A model generated the notes under the pieces. It had not been told where the DNA came from. It saw only the letters and a list, made by a program, of their open reading frames with translations, and searched no databases. Positions 8,574 to 15,502 of a stretch of 32,000 bases of DNA are shown piece by piece; positions within the stretch are counted from its first letter, which is position 1; each line of letters starts with the position of its first letter. The DNA comes from Edaphobacter aggregans (GTDB lineage: Bacteria; Acidobacteriota; Terriglobia; Terriglobales; Acidobacteriaceae): the NCBI RefSeq assembly GCF_003945235.1, contig NZ_RSDW01000001.1, forward strand, positions 4,170,001-4,202,000. Reading direction: 5' to 3'. Position numbers and translations under genes: made by a program.

Positions 8574-10637
8574 TTACCAGACGCGGCAGGCGTTTGCCGG
8601 CATCATCGGCTGACCGACTTTGCATCCGAAGGCCTTGCCGAACTCTTCGAAGTTCTGCACGCTTCCGTTGGTGCGCCACTGGCCGCTCGAGTGCGGATCA
8701 GTCTTAGCCCGCAGCCGCGCTACCTGTTCGGTTTGGTTTTCGCACCACACCTGACCGAAGCCGAGGAAGAAGCGCTGCGCCGGCGTGTAGCCATCGATCT
8801 TTGTCGAAGGATCGACTCCCTGCTTGGCGAGCACCTCCTGCAGTGCGGCGAAGGCGATGTGCAGGCCGCCGTTGTCGGCGGTGTTTTCGCCCAGCGTCAG
8901 CTTGCCGTTCAACGTCTGGCCCGGAGCGACCTCGAAGCTGCCGTACTCTTTGACTTCGCAGCCTGTGCGTTCGTCGAACTTCTTCTTGTCTTCGGGTGTC
9001 CACCAGCTGCGTACGTTGCCTTGCGGATCGTACTGGCTGCCCTGGTCGTCGAAGCCGTGCGTCATCTCGTGGCCGATGACCACGCCGATGCCGCCGAAGT
9101 TCACAGCCGGATCAATTTTGAAGTCGTAGAACGGTGGCTGCAGGATACCGGCCGGGAAGTTGATGTCGTTCATGCCGGGGTTGTAGTACGCGTTGACCGT
9201 CGGCGGCGTCATGCCCCATTCCTTCTCGTCGACCGGCTTGCCGATCTTCGCGAGGCTGCGGTGATCGTTGAACTCCGTCACGCGCATGACGTTGCCCACG
9301 GGGTCGTCACGCTTGATCGTCAGTGAAGAATAGTCGCGCCACTTGTCCGGATAGCCGATCTTCTGGCGGAAGGCGTCGAGCTTCTTCTTCGCCTCGACCT
9401 TGGTCTCATCGCTCATCCAGTCAAGCTGCTTGATGTCCTCGTTCATTGCCTTTTCGAGTGCGGCAACGAGCTTTTCCATGTTGTCTTTGGCTGCAGGAGG
9501 GAAGTTTCTGGCAACCCAGTCCTGCCCGACTGCCTCGCCAAGCGCGCGATCGGTCAGTGTTGTGCACCGCTTCCAGCGCGGGGTCTGTTCTTTCTGGCCG
9601 GCGAGTGTAGCTGCATAGAAGTTGAAGTTTTCCTGAACGAACGGCTCGCTGAGACCGGGGGCGAAGCGATGCACTGTGTGCCAGCGCATGTAGCTCTTGA
9701 GGGCGTTGATGTCCTGCTTGTCCAGTTGCTCATTGAAGGCTTTGAAGAAGCCTGGGGTGCTGACGTTCACGGACTTGAGGCCGCTCTCTTTTTTGGCAGC
9801 CATGTAGACCTTCCAGTCGAAGTCCGGAGTCAGCTCCTGCAACTGGTCGATCGTCATGATGTGGTAGACGTTGGCTGGTGTGCGGCGATCCACGCGCGAC
9901 ATGGAGCCCTGCGCGAGCTCGGTCTCGATGGTCAGCACGTTCTTTGCTTCTTCAGCCGCTTTCTCCGGTGTATCGCCGAGGAGTACGAACATCTTCGTTA
10001 CATGCGCTTCGTACTGGGTGCGGATCGTCTTCGAGCGCTCATCCTGATTCAGGTAGTAGTCGCGGTCAGGTAGCCCGAGGCCCGCCTGGTCGAGATCGCC
10101 GATCTGCTGGGTCGAGTCCTTCTGGTCCTGTCCTGAGCCAAAGTTGAAGAAGTAACCCAGCGCGAAGCTGTTTTCCGTCTTATCCATCAACGATGCGAGC
10201 TTCTTCTTGTCGTTCCAGGCGGCGATGGCGTTGAGCGCGGGCTCGATGGGCTTGGCTCCGAGCTTGTCGGCCAGATCCACGTTCATGCAGGCGGCAAAGT
10301 AGTCTCCATACTTCTTCTGGAGCGGGGTCTTCGGATTGTCGGCGGCGGCCTTCAGGTCGTTGTAGAGCAGATAGTTGTTCCGCTCGGCCAGCTCGTTGAA
10401 GCGGCCCCAGCGCGTCTGGTCGGCTGGAATGGGATTGTTCTTCTTCCAGTTACCGCAGGCGTATTGGTAGAAGTCCGTGCAGGGGTCTGCGGTCGTGTCG
10501 ATCGCGGAAAGATCGAGGCTGACCGGCTTCTTCGGCTCTAATTTTGGACCGGCCGTGCTTTCGGTTGCGACAAGCGACTGCCCTAGACACATCGTGCCGG
10601 ATAGCGCCAACAATGAAGCGACATACTTGAAAACCAT
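8574..10637 (-). CDS. Secreted M13 family zinc metalloendopeptidase (neprilysin/PepO-like)
   Basis: 687 aa with an N-terminal signal peptide. Contains the HEMTHGF (HExxH) zinc motif and GENTADNGG (ExxxD), and ends with the typical ...CRVW. An AGGAGA SD precedes the ATG. Confidence 0.92.
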   Translation of the reverse strand: MVFKYVASLLALSGTMCLGQSLVATESTAGPKLEPKKPVSLDLSAIDTTADPCTDFYQYACGNWKKNNPIPADQTRWGRFNELAERNNYLLYNDLKAAADNPKTPLQKKYGDYFAACMNVDLADKLGAKPIEPALNAIAAWNDKKKLASLMDKTENSFALGYFFNFGSGQDQKDSTQQIGDLDQAGLGLPDRDYYLNQDERSKTIRTQYEAHVTKMFVLLGDTPEKAAEEAKNVLTIETELAQGSMSRVDRRTPANVYHIMTIDQLQELTPDFDWKVYMAAKKESGLKSVNVSTPGFFKAFNEQLDKQDINALKSYMRWHTVHRFAPGLSEPFVQENFNFYAATLAGQKEQTPRWKRCTTLTDRALGEAVGQDWVARNFPPAAKDNMEKLVAALEKAMNEDIKQLDWMSDETKVEAKKKLDAFRQKIGYPDKWRDYSSLTIKRDDPVGNVMRVTEFNDHRSLAKIGKPVDEKEWGMTPPTVNAYYNPGMNDINFPAGILQPPFYDFKIDPAVNFGGIGVVIGHEMTHGFDDQGSQYDPQGNVRSWWTPEDKKKFDERTGCEVKEYGSFEVAPGQTLNGKLTLGENTADNGGLHIAFAALQEVLAKQGVDPSTKIDGYTPAQRFFLGFGQVWCENQTEQVARLRAKTDPHSSGQWRTNGSVQNFEEFGKAFGCKVGQPMMPANACRVW

Positions 10638-10752
10638 AGCTCTCCTAGAGAAGTGTTTCTTTGATTGGATATTGTTCCTGAAGGGGAATCAGAATAACCG
10701 TACTCCGACTGCGGGAAAACGCCAAACGCTATTCTCTCTCCTTTGGACGTAG

Positions 10753-10795
10753 CCAAAAAGGGCAGGGCACCAATACGTATGGTGGTCCTGCCCTT
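10753..10795 (-). terminator. Rho-independent terminator of the MlaD/MCE gene
   Basis: The minus-strand RNA AGGGCAGGACCACC...GGUGCCCUGCCCU forms an imperfect ~13-bp stem, followed by UUUUUGG. Confidence 0.6.
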
Positions 10796-10832
10796 GAGGC
10801 GAGAGAAACAAAGCGTTTGTGATTGCTTTGCG

Positions 10833-11918
10833 CTAAAAAATCTTCAGATGGATGGTCAGGTACTTCTTCGGGTCAGACCGGATCGTCGTGACCAGATTGG
10901 TGCTCTCGGTCAGCAGCTTGTTCAGATTGGTATAGGCTGCGTCGTCGGTCGCCAGCTTGCCCAGCGTTCCACGACCATCGTTGACGCCGGTTACCAGCGT
11001 ATTCACGTTAGCCAGCGTCTCGCTCAGGTCTTTGCGGAACTTCGGATCTTTCAGCATCAGTCCCAGACCGCCCTTGCCAGCGTCGGCCTCGGCCATGATG
11101 TTGTTGGCATGCTTCAGGGTCGAGTTCAGATTGTTGTAGAGCTCGTCATCCCGCAGCAGCTTGCCTGCGGTACCCTTGCCGGCGTTGAGATCGTTGGCCA
11201 CTGTCGATAGCTTGCCGGCGGTATCGTTCAGCCGGTTGTACAGCGTGTCGTCGGTCATCAGCTTGCCGATGGTGCCCCGGCCACTGTTCAGATTAATCGT
11301 CAGTTTGTGCAACTCATCAACCGTGTTGTTGGCCTTGTTGTAGAGGTCGGGACTATTGATCAACTGACCAAATGTTCCCTTGCCCGACTGCAGGTTGTCC
11401 ACGATCACATTCAGTTTGGCGAGGATTACGTTCAGGCTCTCGATGGTGCCCTGGCTGGCTTTGACGACATCGGTGATGCTTGGCGTTTCCAAGGTCTTGA
11501 GTTCGTCGCCGTCCTGTAGCGGCGGCCCCACGGCGAACTGGCTGTTGATGTCGACGACGGTATCGCCCAGAACGCCGACGGTCGCCAGCGAGGCCTTCGA
11601 ATCTTTTCTCAGAGCGGAGGCATACTTCTCGTTCACCTTCATGACGACCCTGACGGGAGTCAGCTTCCGGTCCGGCTGATTGACCACCGTCACGCTCTTC
11701 ACCGTTCCAATGGTGACGCCCTGAAGGTTTACCGCGGCGCCTACCTTCAGACCGGCCGAGTTCTCGAAGTAAGTGGTAATCGTCAGTTTGCGCGAAAGAA
11801 TGCCCAGGCCCGACGCGCTTGTCATCAGGAAGAGGAGGGCCACCAGGAACACGCTCGAAACCAGCACGACCAAGCCCACCTTCAATTGTGACCATCGAAC
11901 CTGCTGCTGGCTGGGCAT
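10833..11918 (-). CDS. MlaD/MCE (mammalian cell entry) domain protein with C-terminal repeat array
   Basis: 361 aa. One N-terminal TM helix, then an MCE domain (YFENSAGLKVGAAVNLQGVTIGTVKSV...). A strong AAGGAG SD is present. The C-terminal half consists of 34-aa repeats. Confidence 0.85.
   Translation of the reverse strand: MPSQQQVRWSQLKVGLVVLVSSVFLVALLFLMTSASGLGILSRKLTITTYFENSAGLKVGAAVNLQGVTIGTVKSVTVVNQPDRKLTPVRVVMKVNEKYASALRKDSKASLATVGVLGDTVVDINSQFAVGPPLQDGDELKTLETPSITDVVKASQGTIESLNVILAKLNVIVDNLQSGKGTFGQLINSPDLYNKANNTVDELHKLTINLNSGRGTIGKLMTDDTLYNRLNDTAGKLSTVANDLNAGKGTAGKLLRDDELYNNLNSTLKHANNIMAEADAGKGGLGLMLKDPKFRKDLSETLANVNTLVTGVNDGRGTLGKLATDDAAYTNLNKLLTESTNLVTTIRSDPKKYLTIHLKIF
10878..11387 (-). 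repeat. Five tandem 34-aa (102-nt) coding repeats, consensus xG(K/R)GTxGKLxxDDxLYNxLNxTxxxLxxxxxxLN
   Basis: Repeat starts fall at aa 178, 212, 246, 280 and 314 of the MCE protein, exactly 34 aa apart (SGKGTFGQL / SGRGTIGKL / AGKGTAGKL / AGKGGLGLM / DGRGTLGKL). Confidence 0.75.
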
Positions 11919-12120
11919 AGCTCTCCTTAAAGTCTCATTTCCAGGGATACAACATCAACAATTCGCACCGGAACTCGCAGCAGGGTGCCGGTATTGAGAG
12001 GATACATCACGGCTCTCTTCCGGCATCGTATGATTCTGTCGCGTAAAGTGCTTCACCTCTGATAGATGCCCAAATGCTACCTCAAGGTTCAATCTCTCCA
12101 TATAGTGGGGCGGAATCTGC

Positions 12121-12501
12121 TCAGTCCTCAGCCACCACGACGGCCATAGCCACGTCCCGGCTGTGTGTCAGGCTCAGGCTCAGAATCCGGACACCCATTT
12201 GAGCGGCTCGTTCGGCTGCCCGCCCGCTCAGATGCAGCGTTGGCCGCTCGCCTGGCTCGCGGCGTACTTCGAGTTCCTTCCAGCTGACCCCGCGGCTGAT
12301 CCCCGTGCCCAGCGCCTTGGCTCCGGCCTCCTTGGCGGCAAAGCGGGCGGCGAAGCTCTCGGCTGAACTGATTTTTTTGCTGACGCAGTAGGCGATCTCG
12401 CCTTCGGTGAACACCTTGTGCAGAAACCGGTCGCCGTGGCGCTCGATGGTCTCCTTGATGCGCGCAATTTCGATCAGGTCCGTCCCGAGCCCTAGCACCA
12501 T
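12121..12501 (-). CDS. acpS: Holo-[acyl-carrier-protein] synthase (4'-phosphopantetheinyl transferase)
   Basis: MVLGLGTDLIEIARI...FAAKEAGAKALGTG...SLTHSRDVAMAVVV is the canonical AcpS pattern at ~126 aa. The ATG at 12501 is preceded by GGTGAGGTGAGGTG (SD-like). The ORF-track start at 12573 adds 24 non-conserved residues. Confidence 0.85.
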   Translation of the reverse strand: MVLGLGTDLIEIARIKETIERHGDRFLHKVFTEGEIAYCVSKKISSAESFAARFAAKEAGAKALGTGISRGVSWKELEVRREPGERPTLHLSGRAAERAAQMGVRILSLSLTHSRDVAMAVVVAED

Positions 12502-12708
12502 CCCACACCTCACCTCACCATCGTCGTATACAAGCGCATTTAACTGAAGACCGGGCTCGGAAAAATCTGGCAATGGCTAAGGCCGGCCGCCGGTTACTCT
12601 CCGCCGTCACATGACTACCGTACCAGCGATTGCATCACGTTACCGCCAGCCTCCACCGATGAAGAGCCTAACGGCAGACCCTTCCAGCCGCGGCGGCGAC
12701 ATTACTTT

Positions 12709-13074
12709 ATGCAATCGCTAGAAATCCAAGGCTTCAGTTACGAAGAGCGCAATGGCCTGCTGGCGGCGCTTACTTCGGCTTTCGCCGAGTGCGGCGGCTG
12801 GGTGCTCGATCGCAAGACGCTGTCTGCTACGACGATGGAGTTTCGCATCGAAATACAGCTGCGTGCCATCATCGACCTTTACGCCTCTATCATCTCCTCC
12901 GGCCTTGAGCTGACGCGCAACGGCCACCTCGCCCTCACAGACCTCTGTACCTGCCGCAAGAACGCGTCGACCACGGCAGATCTCGGCCAGATTGTCTCGA
13001 TCCGGATCGAGATCAGCTTTCTGGAGGACATGACGCTGCACTCGCTGCTGATGATTGGCAACACGCTGGCCTAA
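12709..13074 (+). CDS. Hypothetical small cytoplasmic protein (121 aa)
   Basis: High GC3 and a non-Arg-rich, globular-looking sequence. I do not recognise a family. Its stop codon overlaps the stop of the convergent 13071-14327 gene. Confidence 0.5.
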   Translation: MQSLEIQGFSYEERNGLLAALTSAFAECGGWVLDRKTLSATTMEFRIEIQLRAIIDLYASIISSGLELTRNGHLALTDLCTCRKNASTTADLGQIVSIRIEISFLEDMTLHSLLMIGNTLA

Positions 13075-14327
13075 TGGGTCGGTAGCCGTCCCTTTGGGCC
13101 GAAGAGCGAGACCCGGAAAGGAAATCCCACGGAGAACTGGAGATTTGGAGTGTCCGGAGTGAGCCCTACTCCAAAGGTCAGGTCTACGGTCTTACCTGGC
13201 GCGTAGAGGTAACTTGCGCCCAGCCGCAGACTGCCCTCCACTAGGTACGACGCAGGTATGGATGCGCCGTTGAGGGTCGTGGCTCGGGTGAAGCGCTGAT
13301 CCCATCCGATCGTCATTGAGGTTTCGGGATTCAGGGCCAGGATCGATCCGAGCTGAAAGCCGATCGCGTCTCCCGGTTGGAAGTGGCCGACCATCATTGC
13401 ATTCTGGTTTGTCGGGTCGTTGGCCGGAATCAGGTGGCTGCCGTTCAGGTTTGCTGTGTAAGAGAGATTTCCGAAGAAGACCACCGGATCGTTCGACTTA
13501 GCCGCCGTCAGATTGCCCTGCACGGCGTAGAAGCCCGATCCGAGCGCCGTTGTGGCGCTGCCCAGGTCGAAGGAGTTTACGCCAGTGGTTGTCTTGAATC
13601 GCACATTGGCGAGCATGTCGGGGGTTCGACCGTGCTCGGTGGTGAGCTGACGTGAGAGTCCGAATTGAATGTCGCCCATTCCAAAGGTGCTCGTCGAGGT
13701 CTGGACGTTGTTTGCGTCGACCGTGCGGCTCAGGTTGTAGCCGTATGGAACCAGAAAATCAAACTGGAATTTGTGCGGCAGGCCGAGCCGCGTGGTGAAC
13801 GAAGAGAGCAGGATATCCTCGCGCACACGCTGCGAGGTAATGTCGCCGACGACCAGAATCGGTAGCAATGCGAATCCGTTGATGTTGACGTGGTCGGAGG
13901 ATGCGCTGAAGTACGAGGCTGCATTCTCGATCTCCAACGTTCCCGGAGGCACAAGCAGACCGCCGCGCAGGATTAAGGCCTGATCCAATGCTGCGCTGGC
14001 TTGCCGTTCGTCGGTGTCGTAGCCTGAGTTCTTTACAGAGGTGACCGCGGAGGATATCGCCCCCACAGCAGATCCCGAGACTGGTTTGGCTGCGACCATG
14101 TTGAGTGGATGAGTCGCGAGGTCGCCGTTCAGCCTCCACTCCAACTCCTGCACTCTCTCCAGCAAATTGCGGATGATCGCGTCCCGCTCGCGAAGAGCCT
14201 CCTGTACCTTAATGTCGATCGGATCTTTCGACGGCGGTGGTGCTGTGCCGGTAACTGCTACTTGTGCTCCGACCGAACCTACGCAAAGCAGCAGAATGGA
14301 GCCTTGAATCATCGTTCGCAGCAACAT
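13071..14327 (-). CDS. Outer-membrane beta-barrel protein with N-terminal coiled coil (FapF-like architecture)
   Basis: 418 aa. Signal peptide (..LLLCVGSVGAQ). Heptad-like helix IDIKVQEALRERDAIIRNLLERVQELEWRL (nt ~14127-14222). A linker follows, then alternating-polarity beta-strand-rich sequence ending GFPFRVSLF plus a 9-aa tail. An AAGGGGGA SD lies 14 nt after the upstream stop. Confidence 0.75.
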   Translation of the reverse strand: MLLRTMIQGSILLLCVGSVGAQVAVTGTAPPPSKDPIDIKVQEALRERDAIIRNLLERVQELEWRLNGDLATHPLNMVAAKPVSGSAVGAISSAVTSVKNSGYDTDERQASAALDQALILRGGLLVPPGTLEIENAASYFSASSDHVNINGFALLPILVVGDITSQRVREDILLSSFTTRLGLPHKFQFDFLVPYGYNLSRTVDANNVQTSTSTFGMGDIQFGLSRQLTTEHGRTPDMLANVRFKTTTGVNSFDLGSATTALGSGFYAVQGNLTAAKSNDPVVFFGNLSYTANLNGSHLIPANDPTNQNAMMVGHFQPGDAIGFQLGSILALNPETSMTIGWDQRFTRATTLNGASIPASYLVEGSLRLGASYLYAPGKTVDLTFGVGLTPDTPNLQFSVGFPFRVSLFGPKGRLPTH

Positions 14328-14341
14328 CGGTCCCCCTTGTG

Positions 14342-15019
14342 TCAGTACAGCGGATTAGCCGGAATCGCGACCCCGATGCCGCGCGTGATAATTGTTTCGT
14401 CGGGCGAGGTTCGGGCTGCAACCAATGGTTTCTTGTCGCCGATCATCAACTCATCCGGTGGATGAACGACAAAGGCGATGCCGTTTTTCCAGAGCCCCTT
14501 GAACCGGTCGACCTTCATCGTGACATTGCCGAAGCCGGGGTCGGCCATAACGACGCGGCCGCCCTCGATGCCTTTGACCACGACGAAGTGGTCGAAGCCC
14601 TTGAGTCGAATCGGCGTTATGACGGAGGTCTTCTGCAGCGCGAGTTCCTCAATTGACATGCCGCTGAAGGCCTCTGCGCTGTAGCCGCGCGCCTGCGCGA
14701 ACCGCTTTAGATCGAGCAGAGAAAATCCGCCACGAGTTCGTACCTTTATCGGGTCGACGCGGTGAAGAATCCATACCACGATGGCGGATTCAGGTGTGTC
14801 ATCCTTGAAGTCGTAGGTCAGCACGGTGCTGAGTGCGGCAGCGCCACAACTGATGTCCCAGCGCTGCCGCACCACACCTTCCCCTCGGATCTCTTTCAGA
14901 CTATGAATGGTCTTCATCTTTTGCATCTCCCCCTCGTACCCAAAGTTCTGGGCGTGCATGGGAGTGACCAAGAGACCGAGACCAATCAGTCCGACAGCAA
15001 GTATTTGCCCGCGAATCAT
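14342..15019 (-). CDS. Periplasmic stand-alone C39-family cysteine peptidase (FapD-like architecture)
   Basis: 225 aa starting MIRGQILAVGLIGLGLLVTPMHAQ (signal peptide). C39 catalytic residues are all present: Gln/Cys in RQRWDISCGAAALSTVL, His in FDHFVVVKG, Asp in VMADPGFG. The start overlaps the upstream stop (TGATG). The 361-aa ORF-track version is an artefactual N-terminal extension. Confidence 0.8.
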   Translation of the reverse strand: MIRGQILAVGLIGLGLLVTPMHAQNFGYEGEMQKMKTIHSLKEIRGEGVVRQRWDISCGAAALSTVLTYDFKDDTPESAIVVWILHRVDPIKVRTRGGFSLLDLKRFAQARGYSAEAFSGMSIEELALQKTSVITPIRLKGFDHFVVVKGIEGGRVVMADPGFGNVTMKVDRFKGLWKNGIAFVVHPPDELMIGDKKPLVAARTSPDETIITRGIGVAIPANPLY

Positions 15020-15423
15020 CAATGGCTCCCATTCATGTTCGCCTGTGTCATCGTGCCCACAGTCGAGTTGATGTTCACGTTCAGGTTCATCAGGACGTTG
15101 ATCTTCGAGTTCACCGCGTTGATGTTCACGAGTGAATGCAGGTTTTGTTGTGCGTTGTCGCTCAACGAGAGAGTGCCCATGGTCGTGCCGGTGAGACCAC
15201 TCTGAAACGACATTGTGCCTGCGCTGGAGACGAGCCCATTTGCTGTTGGGACCTGACCCTGAAACTTCACGACTCCATCGGAGACGCCAGCACTGACTCC
15301 GGCTGCCGTCACGCGATCCATCGCAGCGTCGCTCATTGGCTTGGCTGTTGGTTTGATTTTGGTTTGAGCCATGCCCAGCTGCGTGAGTAGGGCAAGACTC
15401 GCGATCACTAAAATGCGGCGCAT
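15019..15423 (-). CDS. Small secreted repeat-module protein (134 aa), paralog of the 530-aa protein
   Basis: Signal peptide MRRILVIASLALLTQLGMAQ. Shares MSDAAMDRVTAAG, the L..NAQQNLHSLVNINAVNSKINVLMNLNV module and the NINST..TQ tail with the 15503-17095 product. A strong AAGGAGG SD lies 4 nt before the ATG. Confidence 0.75.
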   Translation of the reverse strand: MRRILVIASLALLTQLGMAQTKIKPTAKPMSDAAMDRVTAAGVSAGVSDGVVKFQGQVPTANGLVSSAGTMSFQSGLTGTTMGTLSLSDNAQQNLHSLVNINAVNSKINVLMNLNVNINSTVGTMTQANMNGSH

Positions 15424-15450
15424 ACAACCTCCTTAAACCCAGGCAAGAGT

Positions 15451-15490
15451 GCAGGCGGGAGCGGTCCTTTTTGTGGGACCGCCCCCCTGC
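15451..15490 (-). promoter_or_regulatory. Intercistronic GC-rich stem-loop between the 530-aa and 134-aa genes
   Basis: ~15 bp pair across three segments: 15451-55/15486-90, 15457-59/15483-85 and 15461-67/15476-82, with two single-nt bulges and an 8-nt loop. It lies 12 nt after the stop codon. No U-run follows on the mRNA strand, so it is not a canonical terminator. Confidence 0.55.
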
Positions 15491-15502
15491 GCCGTCGCTC
15501 CT

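Noticed and set aside
4456-9326. Long plus-strand ORFs (4456-5274, 6207-7088, 6956-8314, 8253-9326) overlapping the lipoprotein and M13 peptidase genes
   Set aside because: Their translations are Arg/Gly/Asp/Val-rich with no recognisable motifs, which is typical of antisense frames in high-GC DNA. The minus-strand frames encode proteins with lipoboxes, propeller repeats and the HExxH motif.
12128-12508. Alternative-frame ORFs within acpS (12128-12508, 12228-12467 on the minus strand; 12163-12366 on the plus strand)
   Set aside because: Their translations are Arg/Pro/Ala-rich, whereas the 12121-12501 frame gives canonical AcpS motifs.
14342-15427. 361-aa version of the C39 peptidase ORF
   Set aside because: The first 136 residues are His/Arg/Gln-rich junk read out of frame across the 134-aa gene. 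The internal Met at 15019 starts a clean signal peptide and is coupled to the upstream stop by TGATG.
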